From Thermodesulfovibrionales bacterium (GTDB lineage: Bacteria; Nitrospirota; Thermodesulfovibrionia; Thermodesulfovibrionales; UBA6898): 64,000 nucleotides of DNA. The notes below the pieces were generated by a model. It was not told where the DNA came from. It ran no database searches and was given only the letters and a program-made list of their open reading frames with translations. Every line of letters starts with the position of its first letter. Position 1 is the stretch's first letter. The DNA lies in NCBI GenBank assembly GCA_046706685.1, contig JBJKPE010000052.1, forward strand, positions 2,198-66,197. The letters run 5' to 3'. Positions 1-9,072 of the stretch are shown one piece after another. Position numbers and translations under genes: made by a program.

Positions 1-134
1 GTAGCAGGAACATCCGGCTTAAGCCGCTGTCTCGCCGCAGATGCGGTCGGATACGAACTTGCGGAGATTGCAGGGGGATCTGTTTTGCGATATGGTGTAA
101 AAGAGAGTCTCACTACATTCCAGGGAGGATTATC

Positions 135-704
135 ATGGCAGCGAAAGAATTGTTCGAACAGGCTCAGCGCCTTTTCATAGGAGGCAAGCATAGAGAAAGC
201 ATAGAGAAATTTACAGAGGCCCTGAAAGCCGGCTCAGAGCCGGGTATAACGTATCTCAGCCGGGGGGCCGCTTACCTGAAGATGAATGAGCCCGATAAGG
301 CCATCGAAGATTTTACGCGAGGCATCGAGGCAGACCCGGAGAAGGCCAATGCGTATTATTACCGCGGAGCGGCACATATGGCGAAGGACGAATATGAGAA
401 GGCAGTCGCCGATATGAACTGCGCCATCGAACTGAAGCCGGACCACCGTGCGGCGATTTTCGCGCGGGGGATGGCTAAGGTGAGCCTCGGCAGGAAGGAG
501 GAGGGCGCGACAGACATAAAGACCGCTATGACCCAAGCGGAGGCCGCGGTGCAGGGTTTTGCCGACACCTACGGCTGGAGGACCCAGGTCGAAAAGGTGA
601 TCGCCGCGCTGGAGGGAGAAAGAAGGCCCGAGACGATGATCCTGAGCGACGAGGAGATGAAGACACTGAAGAAACTGCTCTTGCCTGAAGAAGGCGGAGC
701 GTAG
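135..704 (+). CDS. TPR-repeat protein
   Basis: The 189-aa ORF carries consecutive 34-residue TPR-like units (AYLKMNEPDKAIEDFTRGIEADP; YYRGAAHMAKDEYEKAVADMNCAIELKP). A gggagg RBS lies 6 nt upstream of the ATG. Confidence 0.8.
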   Translation: MAAKELFEQAQRLFIGGKHRESIEKFTEALKAGSEPGITYLSRGAAYLKMNEPDKAIEDFTRGIEADPEKANAYYYRGAAHMAKDEYEKAVADMNCAIELKPDHRAAIFARGMAKVSLGRKEEGATDIKTAMTQAEAAVQGFADTYGWRTQVEKVIAALEGERRPETMILSDEEMKTLKKLLLPEEGGA

Positions 705-805
705 ATCGCGGTGAATTCACTGAATCCGCCTGATGCGGATAAATCTCTGCGAACGATGCGTCTATGCGGTGAAATGCATTTTGGTTCCGGCTTTGCCTGG
801 TTACG

Positions 806-1774
806 ATGAAGGTGCTTGTCACAGGAGGAACCGGGTTTGTCGGCCGGGGAGTCGTTGACCTTCTTGCCGGGGGGAACCATGCGGTCAGGCTCTTTTCGCG
901 AAAACCTTCCCTCCCCGAAAACCTGGCAGGAGGGAGCGTCGAGTTTTTTCATGGCGACCTTGAAGACTTCTCCTCAGTATCCAGTGCGATGGAAGGGATC
1001 GAGGTCTTCTTTCATATAGGGGAGATAAAGAACATCTCAAAGGCCGCGGCGCAGAGAAATATAAGGCTGGTAGAACAGATAACTGATAATCTGGGGAAGA
1101 AAGGCGTCAGGCGGTTCGTATTTGTCAGTTCCATCACGGTGGCAGGGATACCGTCTGCTCTGCCTGCTACGGAGGAGACCTCGCCGGATATTATTTTTGA
1201 CGACCACTACACCTCTTATAAGCGGGAATGCGAAAGGTATATTGCCGGCAACTCGGGGGGTGCTCAGTACGCGGTGATAAGGCCCGCCCCGGTTTACGGT
1301 CCGGGCTCCCGCTATCTTGGACGGATAGTGGGTGCGGTAAAGAAGCTGGGTCCTGTGGGCCTGCCGTTCCCCGGCGATGCAAGAAACCTTGCGCCTCTGA
1401 TTTACGTGAAGGACCTTGCAAAGGCCATTTATCTTTCCGGATTCGCGGATGGGTCCGTGGACCAGATATTCAATATTACCGACGGCGTCCGGCACAGCTG
1501 GTTCGATTTCATTTCGACTATTACCGAGTTCTCCGGGAAGAGGCTCAGGATAGTGCCCGTTCCACCCTTTCTGTTTAAATTTCCTTCATTTTTTCTGGAC
1601 CTGTTTTCGGGTATCTTCGGTTTTGAACTTGATATGCAGCACTATCTCGATTTTTTTTCGAAAAATATTTTTTACGACAATGCAAAGGCAAAAAATCTTC
1701 TCGCATGGGAACCCGAATACACTGTCCTCGCGGACGGCGTGAAGGAAATGGTGAGAAGCCTTAGGGGTGATTAA
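806..1774 (+). CDS. NAD-dependent epimerase/dehydratase (extended SDR) family protein
   Basis: The N-terminal Rossmann motif is MKVLVTGGTGFVG and the YxxxK catalytic motif is YTSYK. The 322-aa length is typical of the family. Confidence 0.85.
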   Translation: MKVLVTGGTGFVGRGVVDLLAGGNHAVRLFSRKPSLPENLAGGSVEFFHGDLEDFSSVSSAMEGIEVFFHIGEIKNISKAAAQRNIRLVEQITDNLGKKGVRRFVFVSSITVAGIPSALPATEETSPDIIFDDHYTSYKRECERYIAGNSGGAQYAVIRPAPVYGPGSRYLGRIVGAVKKLGPVGLPFPGDARNLAPLIYVKDLAKAIYLSGFADGSVDQIFNITDGVRHSWFDFISTITEFSGKRLRIVPVPPFLFKFPSFFLDLFSGIFGFELDMQHYLDFFSKNIFYDNAKAKNLLAWEPEYTVLADGVKEMVRSLRGD

Positions 1775-1779
1775 GATTT

Positions 1780-3123
1780 ATGGTCGATGTTCAGGCAAAG
1801 ATAGATGATTTCCTGATTAAGAGGGCATGGGAGCCCGACACTGCATCCAGGACGAAGCCGCAGGCTTTCCTTATAAGAGCTCTCCGCGTGGTCTCCATAC
1901 TCTACTGGGGCCTGTTGGATGAGCAGCTCAATCTCAGGGCCATGAGCCTCGTCTATACGACGCTCCTCTCCTTCGTGCCGCTTCTGGCGGTAAGTTTTTC
2001 AGTTCTGAAGGCGTTGGGAGCCCAGACCCACCTGGAACTGCTCCTCTATGATTTCCTCGCCCCCCTCGGCCCCAAGGGCGTTGACCTTTCGATGAGTATC
2101 ATAGGTTTTGTCGAAAACGTGAAAGTGGGAGTTTTGGGTTCGGTGGGGCTCGCCTTTCTTCTCTACACGGTGATATCGAATATCAACAAGATTGAGAGCA
2201 CACTCAATTTTATATGGGGTGTCAGGAATCCCCGGGGGCTTGCCCAGAGATTCAGCAGTTATCTGAGCGTTATTCTTGTCGGGCCGGTACTTGTTTTTTC
2301 GGCCCTCGGACTTACGGCCTCTCTGATGAATTATCATGTCGTGCAGAGGCTGATCGCCATGCAGCCTTTCGGTACGGTCGTATATCTGGCCGGCAAGGTC
2401 GTTCCGTATTTATTCGTCTGGGCGGCTTTCACCTTCGTATATGTTTTTCTCCCCAATACGAGCGTCAGGATAAAATCGGCATTCACGGGCGGACTGGTCG
2501 CGGCGGTGATGTGGGAAACGGCCGGTTGGATATTCGCCTCATTCATTGCATCATCTACCAAGTATTCCTTCATATATTCCGGTTTTGCCATAGTGATGCT
2601 TTTCATGATCTGGTTGTATTTGAACTGGTTAATACTCCTGATCGGCACCAGAGTATCCTTTTACCATCAATATCCGCAGTTCCTGGCGGCCAGCGGAAAG
2701 ACGTGTCAAATGGGTGAGAGACTGAGGGAGAGGCTTGCCGTTTACATCATGTTTCTTATCGGGTATAATTTTCACCTGGGCCTCGGACACTGGCAGTTCG
2801 ACAGCCTCGTGAACCGGCTGGGCTATCCGGTGAGTGCCGTGAGGGAAACTATAACTGCACTTGAACGAAAGGGATTACTGGTTCGGGCCGCAGAAGAATC
2901 TGCCTATCTTCCCGGGAAAGCCATGGATGCTATTTCGGTGAGGGACGTGCTGGATGTGGTGAGAGAGTCGGGAGAAAAAGTCCCCGTTTGTGCCGAAACA
3001 GGATTTTTTTCCGTCCCGGAGGTCGATAAGATCATGACGAGAATTGACGATGCCATCGGGGACTCACTCAAAAAGGAGACGCTGAAGACGCTTGTGCTCT
3101 CTGTCGAGACCAGGATTTCTTGA
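1780..3123 (+). CDS. YihY/BrkB family inner-membrane protein with C-terminal soluble extension
   Basis: The 447-aa ORF has about 6 hydrophobic helices in the order typical of YihY (LNLRAMSLVYTTLLSFVPLLAV...). A ~130-aa hydrophilic tail follows. The gene starts 6 nt after the epimerase gene. Confidence 0.75.
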   Translation: MVDVQAKIDDFLIKRAWEPDTASRTKPQAFLIRALRVVSILYWGLLDEQLNLRAMSLVYTTLLSFVPLLAVSFSVLKALGAQTHLELLLYDFLAPLGPKGVDLSMSIIGFVENVKVGVLGSVGLAFLLYTVISNINKIESTLNFIWGVRNPRGLAQRFSSYLSVILVGPVLVFSALGLTASLMNYHVVQRLIAMQPFGTVVYLAGKVVPYLFVWAAFTFVYVFLPNTSVRIKSAFTGGLVAAVMWETAGWIFASFIASSTKYSFIYSGFAIVMLFMIWLYLNWLILLIGTRVSFYHQYPQFLAASGKTCQMGERLRERLAVYIMFLIGYNFHLGLGHWQFDSLVNRLGYPVSAVRETITALERKGLLVRAAEESAYLPGKAMDAISVRDVLDVVRESGEKVPVCAETGFFSVPEVDKIMTRIDDAIGDSLKKETLKTLVLSVETRIS

Positions 3124-3208
3124 GTATCCTATAGGCGGCATGCTGTCTCAGGCTTCACGCAGTAACTGTCTTACGCCTCCAATAGATCGCGCGCTGCCGG
3201 GGCACGAA

Positions 3209-3244
3209 TAAAAAACCGCCCCCGTTTCCCGAAGGCGGTTTTTC
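3209..3244. terminator. Bidirectional rho-independent terminator between convergent genes
   Basis: The stem aaaaaccgcc (3211-3220) pairs with ggcggttttt (3234-3243). It is flanked by an A-run on one side and a T-run on the other, so it reads as hairpin plus U-tract on both strands. Confidence 0.7.
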
Positions 3245-3312
3245 TATGCTGTCCCAAAAAAGTCTGTCTCAGGCGGTCAGCCATATCGGACGGCAACAGA
3301 CAACCAACTAGG

Positions 3313-4371
3313 TTATCTTTTATTGTTGCCGGCAGCACTGGCAGAACATGCCCCTGCGACTACCGTAGCCGTATTGCTTGCGTCAACCAAACTTGCGGCG
3401 GCGCCGATCGGCTCACTCCCCGGACAGGAGTCACCGGCCCCCGGCTTCACCGAGCCGATCCACCCGTATGCAAGATGCCAGGTAACCCATAAGGTTTCTC
3501 CTTCTCCGACGTTTATCGTGCACGGCCCGGCTGGTCCGCATGGAGTACCGTCATTATTTACCATATTAAATGAATCGACGTCCTGGGTGAAGCCGGACGT
3601 GTCGAAGGTATAAGCATGCAGCGCATTCGCTCCCTGAGGGACAAGATTCAGCAGGCCGCTCAATTGGATCTGCACGTCGACGGCAGGGCCATCGTTCGTC
3701 CAGATATAATTGTAATAAAACTGGCCCGGATTCGTCGCAACGATTGTACCGTTCTTTTTGTCGATAAGCATAAACGTTCCGCCGCTATCGGTCGATACCA
3801 GCGCCCCCTGGCAGTCGACGAGGAAATCGCCGCTGGAGTCGGTGAAAAAGCAGGTCGGACCAGACGGGTCGTCGCATTCATTTACGTGAATCTTTACCTG
3901 GATGCTGTTAGGATTGCCTGCGGTAACCTCGTTATTTGGATAGGTAATATTTATGTTGAGCGTGTAGTCTCCCGGTGCCAGTGAACCGCTGGCAATGCTG
4001 ATATTCTTTGTCACGGTAGTCCCATCATCTGCGAGAGTGAAATTGGCCGGAAGGCTGGTGGCTGTGCCACTCAGTTCCGTGCTGCCGCTCTTGGTGAATC
4101 CGATTGTGTAGGAATCTCCAGCTGTGTTCATGTTGCTGACCATAAGCTCCACGTGCAGCGTATCACTGAATGAACTATTGCAGGTTAGCGTATAGGCGTA
4201 AACCCAGTTGGACCCAATTTCGTCCGGATTATTGCCATTGCCGCTGGTTTTTGCCGTTACTGTGAGGGCATCCTTAGGCGACGGCGGCACCGCCATCGAA
4301 GGCTGGACAAAAAGTGCGATCGTTGCGGCCGCGATACACATAAGCATCATAATAAATCTGCTCTTACTCAT
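3313..4371 (-). CDS. Secreted hypothetical protein (signal peptide, 8 Cys in mature part)
   Basis: The signal peptide is MSKSRFIMMLMCIAAATIALFVQPSMA/VPP. The composition is Thr/Ser/Gly/Asn-rich and beta-type. I recognise no family. The gene ends at the bidirectional terminator. Confidence 0.6.
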   Translation of the reverse strand: MSKSRFIMMLMCIAAATIALFVQPSMAVPPSPKDALTVTAKTSGNGNNPDEIGSNWVYAYTLTCNSSFSDTLHVELMVSNMNTAGDSYTIGFTKSGSTELSGTATSLPANFTLADDGTTVTKNISIASGSLAPGDYTLNINITYPNNEVTAGNPNSIQVKIHVNECDDPSGPTCFFTDSSGDFLVDCQGALVSTDSGGTFMLIDKKNGTIVATNPGQFYYNYIWTNDGPAVDVQIQLSGLLNLVPQGANALHAYTFDTSGFTQDVDSFNMVNNDGTPCGPAGPCTINVGEGETLWVTWHLAYGWIGSVKPGAGDSCPGSEPIGAAASLVDASNTATVVAGACSASAAGNNKR

Positions 4372-4442
4372 TTTATTTCCCCCCTGTTTGCCTGTTTAGA
4401 GTTATCTTCCAATACCGGCTATGGCCGGCTCCCCCTTCCACC

Positions 4443-4736
4443 TTATATGAGATATCTCACCCCCACTCTGTAATATCTACTGGACGGTTTCACCCACAAT
4501 ACCTCGGCGAGCACCGGCAGGGTTATGCCAAAGTCCCTGAAAGGAAGGGAAAGCCTCACGACCTCCCTCTCGCCGAGCGCATGGTAAGTACTGAAGCCGA
4601 GCCCCCCCTGGCTGATATTCAGGCAATGTGCGCGGTAATGCGCAGGCCGGACCTTTTTTGGCCCCATGGCCATCGTTTCGAACCTGATTTTTTCGGGATA
4701 GAGATGACGGCTGTTCACTCTGGTGTTCGATGTCAT
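4443..4736 (-). CDS. PilZ-domain (c-di-GMP binding) protein
   Basis: RxxxR (RVNSR) and (D/N)xSxxG (NISQGG) motifs are present at PilZ spacing. I moved the start to the ATG at 4736 because a GGAGGAGCAAACC RBS precedes it. The track ORF starts at 4793. Confidence 0.7.
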   Translation of the reverse strand: MTSNTRVNSRHLYPEKIRFETMAMGPKKVRPAHYRAHCLNISQGGLGFSTYHALGEREVVRLSLPFRDFGITLPVLAEVLWVKPSSRYYRVGVRYLI

Positions 4737-4848
4737 GGTTTGCTCCTCCGATAGTTTCAGCCTACTCTTCTGCTCTCTTGAAAACAATCCCACGAAAGTG
4801 GGATTTTCGCCTCCCCTTCGCTTTTTTTTACGATTTAAAAGAGATAGA

Positions 4849-5394
4849 ATGAGTGCTATGGATCAGATAGCAGACATCATAAGGCGCAGGTCGGCGCCCG
4901 GGATCCTGATCTTTGACCTGGGCGGCACCCTGAAGTTCTCCAATAAAGAGGCCTCAGAGCTCATGGCCTCCCTTCCGGACCTGTGCGAAACGGTCTGGAC
5001 GCTCTGTTGTCAGGAAAGGAGCGGTGGCGATTCTTCGGAAGGAGGTGAAGGAGATCGTCGGCTAGCGACAGTCTATCGGAGCGATCGCTTCCCGCCATTT
5101 GCCATCAGGGTCTTCCCGGTCGGAGAGGCCGGCAGCAGCGAAGCAGGCCACCTGATGGTCCTTCTCGAAAAGGTCGCCGAAAAGCGTACCCTGGACCTCG
5201 AAAAGGCGAAGACCAGGTACAATCTGTCAAAGAGGGAACTGGAAGTGCTCGTCCTCATCAGCAGGGGGCTGACCTGCAGGGAGACTTCAGAGAGGCTCTT
5301 CATAAGTGAGCAGACGGCAAAGGACCACGTCAGGCATATTATGAGAAAAGTGGGCGTTAATTCAAGAGGTGCTCTATTTTCAGCTCTCCAATGA
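4849..5394 (+). CDS. LuxR/FixJ-family HTH transcriptional regulator with uncharacterised N-terminal domain
   Basis: The C-terminal LuxR-type HTH reads LSKRELEVLVLISRGLTCRETSERLFISEQTAKDHVRHIMRKVGV. I moved the start to the ATG at 4849 (MSAMDQ...). The first 42 codons of the track ORF run antisense through the PilZ gene start. Confidence 0.75.
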   Translation: MSAMDQIADIIRRRSAPGILIFDLGGTLKFSNKEASELMASLPDLCETVWTLCCQERSGGDSSEGGEGDRRLATVYRSDRFPPFAIRVFPVGEAGSSEAGHLMVLLEKVAEKRTLDLEKAKTRYNLSKRELEVLVLISRGLTCRETSERLFISEQTAKDHVRHIMRKVGVNSRGALFSALQ

Positions 5395-5515
5395 TTCAGT
5401 GCCTACACGGCATGAAAGCTCCTCAAACAGGAGGGAATGATTTTATGATCTTTCCAGCATACCGATATTCCAATCGAGAGAAAAAGCCTGCTTCCCGGCA
5501 GGCAAGGAGGATTCA

Positions 5516-5710
5516 ATGACAAAAGCTGTACCGGAAGGATTTCAGAGCGTCACCCCGATGTTGACGCTCGTGCGTAAGGCGATTGAATTCTGCAAACAGG
5601 CCCCAGGCTCCGCAGGGCGTTTCATCATGCCGGGGCCCGACGGGAAAGGGGTTATGCATGCCGGGCTGCTTACAGGCGACTCGATAATAATAACTGGTGG
5701 TATGACATGA
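5516..5710 (+). pseudogene. Truncated VOC/glyoxalase (PhnB-like) gene remnant
   Basis: The 64-aa ORF matches only the N-terminal half of PhnB-type VOC proteins (VPEGFQSVTPML..AIEF....MPGPDGK.VMHA....GDS). It has a strong AAGGAGG RBS and stops in an ATGA overlap with the next gene. Confidence 0.45.
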
Positions 5711-6345
5711 AAATAAGAAAAATCGGAATCGTCGGATCGGGCAATATAGGGGGGACTCTTGGAATTCTGCTTGGAAAGGCAGGACTCGATATTTGCTATA
5801 GCTCAAGACATCCTGAAACACTGAAATCCCTTGTCAAAAACACCGGGCCTAAAGCCCGGGCCGGGAACGTTGCCGAGGCAATCGCTTTTGGAGATGTGAT
5901 CATTTTGTCCATGCCGATGAAGGCTTTCACGGAGCTGAGCGCTGAAACGAAAGACGCCCTGAAGGGGAAGATCGTTATTGATACGTCGAATCCTTATCCG
6001 GAAAGAGATGGGGTGATCGCAGAAGAGGCAAGAAGTGAACCTGGTGGAACCGGCAGTTTCGTGTCTCGTCTCCTGCCTGGTGCAAGAGTAGTAAGGGCAT
6101 TCAATACAGTCTATTTTGAAGACCTCGGAAAGACGACAAACAAAGACGGTGAAAAAATCGGAATTCCGATAGCCGGTGACGATCAGGAGGGACTGGAAGC
6201 TGCCGTCGAGCTTGTCGAGCGTGCGGGTCTTGATCCTGTGGTGGTGGGAGGCCTGAGCAGATCAAAAATGTTCGACGTCGGGACAGTCGTTTATGCGACG
6301 AGTGCCTCGGCAAGAGAAATCAAACAAAAATTGAACTTAGGATAG
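5707..6345 (+). CDS. NADPH-dependent F420 reductase-like NAD(P)-binding oxidoreductase
   Basis: The N-terminal dinucleotide fold is KIGIVGSGNIGGTLG. The 212-aa length and layout fit the NpdG/F420-oxidoreductase family. Confidence 0.7.
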   Translation: MKIRKIGIVGSGNIGGTLGILLGKAGLDICYSSRHPETLKSLVKNTGPKARAGNVAEAIAFGDVIILSMPMKAFTELSAETKDALKGKIVIDTSNPYPERDGVIAEEARSEPGGTGSFVSRLLPGARVVRAFNTVYFEDLGKTTNKDGEKIGIPIAGDDQEGLEAAVELVERAGLDPVVVGGLSRSKMFDVGTVVYATSASAREIKQKLNLG

Positions 6346-6473
6346 AGAAGCGGAAGAGGGCCGGTAACGTAACCGGGCATGGACCGCGCTGCGCAGATGC
6401 CGGGAGCCGTGGAGAGGCGGCCCCGGCGGCTCTTGGCCGTCCGGGGCCGGATGATTTATATATTTAGTGCAGG

Positions 6474-7331
6474 TTATCTGACGGCAAGTATTGGGCAGGA
6501 GGCGTTCATGATGACTCTTTCCGTCGTGCTTCCCATGATAGCCTTGTTGACCCCGGTCCATCCGTAGGTCCCCATCACTATAAGATCGCTCTTCAGTCTG
6601 TCGGCCGCTTTCGCGATCTGTTCGGCGGCCGTACCTTCCTGGATCTCGGTCTTGATCTGGACGCCCTCGTCCGATGCGATCTTCTTTGCCGCGTCTACGA
6701 CATTGTCCGCTTCCCGCATGAGGCTTTTCTTGATCGAATCGGTCCGGAAGAACCCTAACATCTCCTCATAACGGGGAATTACATAAAGGACCGTTATATC
6801 ACTGCGGCCTGCCTTGGACAGTTGACAGGCCTTCTTCAACGCGTTCTTGCTGTGATCTGAGCCGTCGAAAGCGAGAAGGATGGAAGAATAGACCCCCGTG
6901 CATTCAGTGCACGGTTTTTTTACCACAAGCACGTCGCATGGAGAGTGGACAATCACCGAGGAGGTGACGCTGCCCATGAAAAGCCTTTTCAGTCCCCTTC
7001 TGCCGTAAGTCCCCATTGCGATGAGGTCGGCCTTCTTCTCCCTGGCGATATTGGTTATGATGTCGGGCGGTTCGCCTTCGCAGACGAGCACGTCGGCCTC
7101 GATTCCAAATTCGGAGACGACCATCTCCTTTGTCTGATAGCAGACGTTCTTCCCGAATTCGAGCCGTTTGGCCAGCTGTTCCGGGGCGTGGCCGAAGTCC
7201 TCTTCGTCGAAGTATACTGCATGCACCAGAAGGAATTTGCCTCCGTGCATCTTTACCCAATTGGAGACCTCGATGACAGCGGCCCTGCTGTATTCAGTAT
7301 TGTCGAAACCTATCACTATGTTTTCATACAT
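6474..7331 (-). CDS. Tandem-domain universal stress protein (UspA family)
   Basis: There are two USP domains, each ending in a G-x2-G-x9-G(S/T) ATP motif (MGTYGRRGLKRLFMGSVTSSV; MGTYGWTGVNKAIMGSTTERV). Confidence 0.85.
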   Translation of the reverse strand: MYENIVIGFDNTEYSRAAVIEVSNWVKMHGGKFLLVHAVYFDEEDFGHAPEQLAKRLEFGKNVCYQTKEMVVSEFGIEADVLVCEGEPPDIITNIAREKKADLIAMGTYGRRGLKRLFMGSVTSSVIVHSPCDVLVVKKPCTECTGVYSSILLAFDGSDHSKNALKKACQLSKAGRSDITVLYVIPRYEEMLGFFRTDSIKKSLMREADNVVDAAKKIASDEGVQIKTEIQEGTAAEQIAKAADRLKSDLIVMGTYGWTGVNKAIMGSTTERVIMNASCPILAVR

Positions 7332-7333
7332 GA

Positions 7334-8125
7334 TCAGTGTCCCCCCCCGCCTTTTCTGAATATAAGACCTACACCGAAGCCGGCGCCAAGTGCGGCGAGT
7401 ACGGATATGAACCCGTAAAAGGCGCCGTTGTTCTTGGCCATTCCGGCCAGACTTTTGACGATGCCGACCTGCTGTACCACCACTTTAGCCTGGGCCTGTT
7501 CAACGACTTTCTTGTCCTTTACCGCGTAAACGGTTACGAGGTAATCACCCGGTGCGGCCTGATAGGGCCAGTCCATCTTGATATAGTAGTTCTGCTTGCC
7601 GTCCTTTTCTGTCAGGGAGATCTTTCCTGCAGCCACCGAATAGACCTTGGAGGCTTCCTTGTATTTCAGGAATTCACTGAACCATATTTCCTTCTCGGCA
7701 GGGCTTTTCAGGGGCGTGATTTCGCTTTTTTCGGCCAGCGCTTTATAGCCCAGGCCGTACTTGAGCTGCTCCTCCGGCGGCAGCATATCATCGATCTTCT
7801 TCGTGCTCTCAAGGAAGTAGACTGACGGCACATGCTCGAATTTCAAGGTCCCGACATTCATCCAAAGCACCCCGACCCTGCCTTTCTGTCGCAGGCTGTG
7901 ATGGCCGCCTTCGGATGTTATTTTTATGACCAGGTCCGTGCCCGGGTCTGATACTCCCCGTATACTTACCGAACTGCCGTGGTAGAGAAAATCCACGTTG
8001 ATGTGGTCGTGGTTCCCTGCCGTTGTCAACTGCGCGGACAGTTCCCCCCGGGATATTGACAAGAGGCCGCCGCTGATGACAACGGCCATGAGCGCCACCT
8101 GCAAGGCATAGCGGAATCTGTTCAT
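7334..8125 (-). CDS. TIGR02186/Alph_Pro_TM-like membrane-anchored protein
   Basis: It has a signal peptide, a ~210-aa soluble domain, a single C-terminal TM (FYGFISVLAALGAGFGVGLIF) and an RKGGGGH tail. From memory, this family sits next to TauE genes. It lies 2 nt from both neighbours. Confidence 0.5.
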   Translation of the reverse strand: MNRFRYALQVALMAVVISGGLLSISRGELSAQLTTAGNHDHINVDFLYHGSSVSIRGVSDPGTDLVIKITSEGGHHSLRQKGRVGVLWMNVGTLKFEHVPSVYFLESTKKIDDMLPPEEQLKYGLGYKALAEKSEITPLKSPAEKEIWFSEFLKYKEASKVYSVAAGKISLTEKDGKQNYYIKMDWPYQAAPGDYLVTVYAVKDKKVVEQAQAKVVVQQVGIVKSLAGMAKNNGAFYGFISVLAALGAGFGVGLIFRKGGGGH

Positions 8126-8126
8126 A

Positions 8127-9044
8127 TTAGTGTCCTCCCGCCTGGCCGAGGAGTAAAGACGGCGTGATTGTGAGATCGAAGACCATTTTTACGGTAACAA
8201 CGAGCACGATGCCCGCCAGGATTATCTTCAACTGATCGCCCTTGAGCTTTCTGCCGAAGACGGTGCCGATCTGGGCACCGACAGTCGAGCCGATGAGGAG
8301 AAGCACGGCGAGTATGAAATCCACTGTGTGGTTGGTGTATGCCTGAAGGAAAGTCACTTCTATGCAATTGAATAGTATCTGGAAGAGACTTGTGCCGACT
8401 ACGACATGCATGGGCATCCTGAGGATATAGACCATTACCGGTACCATGAGAAAACCTCCGCCGACTCCCATGACGGCGGCCAATATTCCGACAAAGCCGC
8501 CGAATACTATCGGGACGAGGGCCGAATGCGTCACGCCCGACTTCTCGAAACGGGTCTGGAAGGGAAGGGAGTTCAGAAACTTTCCGAAGGCCGATTCCTT
8601 TTTCGGTTTCACATCCTCCGTCTTCTTTTTCTTCATGCTCTGAAGGCTCTCAATGAACATGTAGCCGCCGACGGTTCCGAGCATGAGGACGTAGGTTATC
8701 TTGATGACGAAGTCGGCGTTTCCCATCGCCCTCAGAATCTTGATCCCCTGGACCCCCACGAGGCCGCCGACAAAGCCGCCGGCCAGAAGAAGGAGCCCCA
8801 TTTTGAAATCCACGTTTCCTATCTTCCAGTGGGCATATGTGCCCGACGTGGAAGCCGCCACTATCTGGTTCGAGTCGGTAGCAGCCGCTACGGTCGAAGG
8901 GATACCGAACATGATCAAAAGCGGAGTGAGAAGAAAACCCCCTCCCACTCCGAACAAGCCTGAGAGAAGCCCTACCGCCAACCCCAGTCCTACCGGAATC
9001 AAAATGTTCATACTGGTTAATGCTACAGGTAAATAAAGATACAT
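8127..9044 (-). CDS. TauE/SafE family sulfite/anion exporter
   Basis: The 305-aa polytopic protein is Gly-rich with an internal duplication (GLFGVGGGFLLTP ... VMGVGGGFLMVP), which is characteristic of TauE/SafE. Confidence 0.85.
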   Translation of the reverse strand: MYLYLPVALTSMNILIPVGLGLAVGLLSGLFGVGGGFLLTPLLIMFGIPSTVAAATDSNQIVAASTSGTYAHWKIGNVDFKMGLLLLAGGFVGGLVGVQGIKILRAMGNADFVIKITYVLMLGTVGGYMFIESLQSMKKKKTEDVKPKKESAFGKFLNSLPFQTRFEKSGVTHSALVPIVFGGFVGILAAVMGVGGGFLMVPVMVYILRMPMHVVVGTSLFQILFNCIEVTFLQAYTNHTVDFILAVLLLIGSTVGAQIGTVFGRKLKGDQLKIILAGIVLVVTVKMVFDLTITPSLLLGQAGGH

Positions 9045-9072
9045 CCAGCCCTCCTCTTTCTCCTTTTTATAT

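Noticed and set aside
1-180. Open frame entering the window from the left (VAGTSGLSRCLAADAVGYELAEIAGG...) that would overlap the TPR gene by about 45 nt
   Set aside because: It has no start or context within the window and is too short to identify. It may be the 3' end of an upstream gene.
782-797. Sigma-54-like motif TGGTTC-N5-TTGC just before the epimerase gene
   Set aside because: The spacing is correct, but the -12 element is only 10 nt from the ATG at 806. The transcript would be leaderless or start inside the codon. The -24 element is also degenerate.
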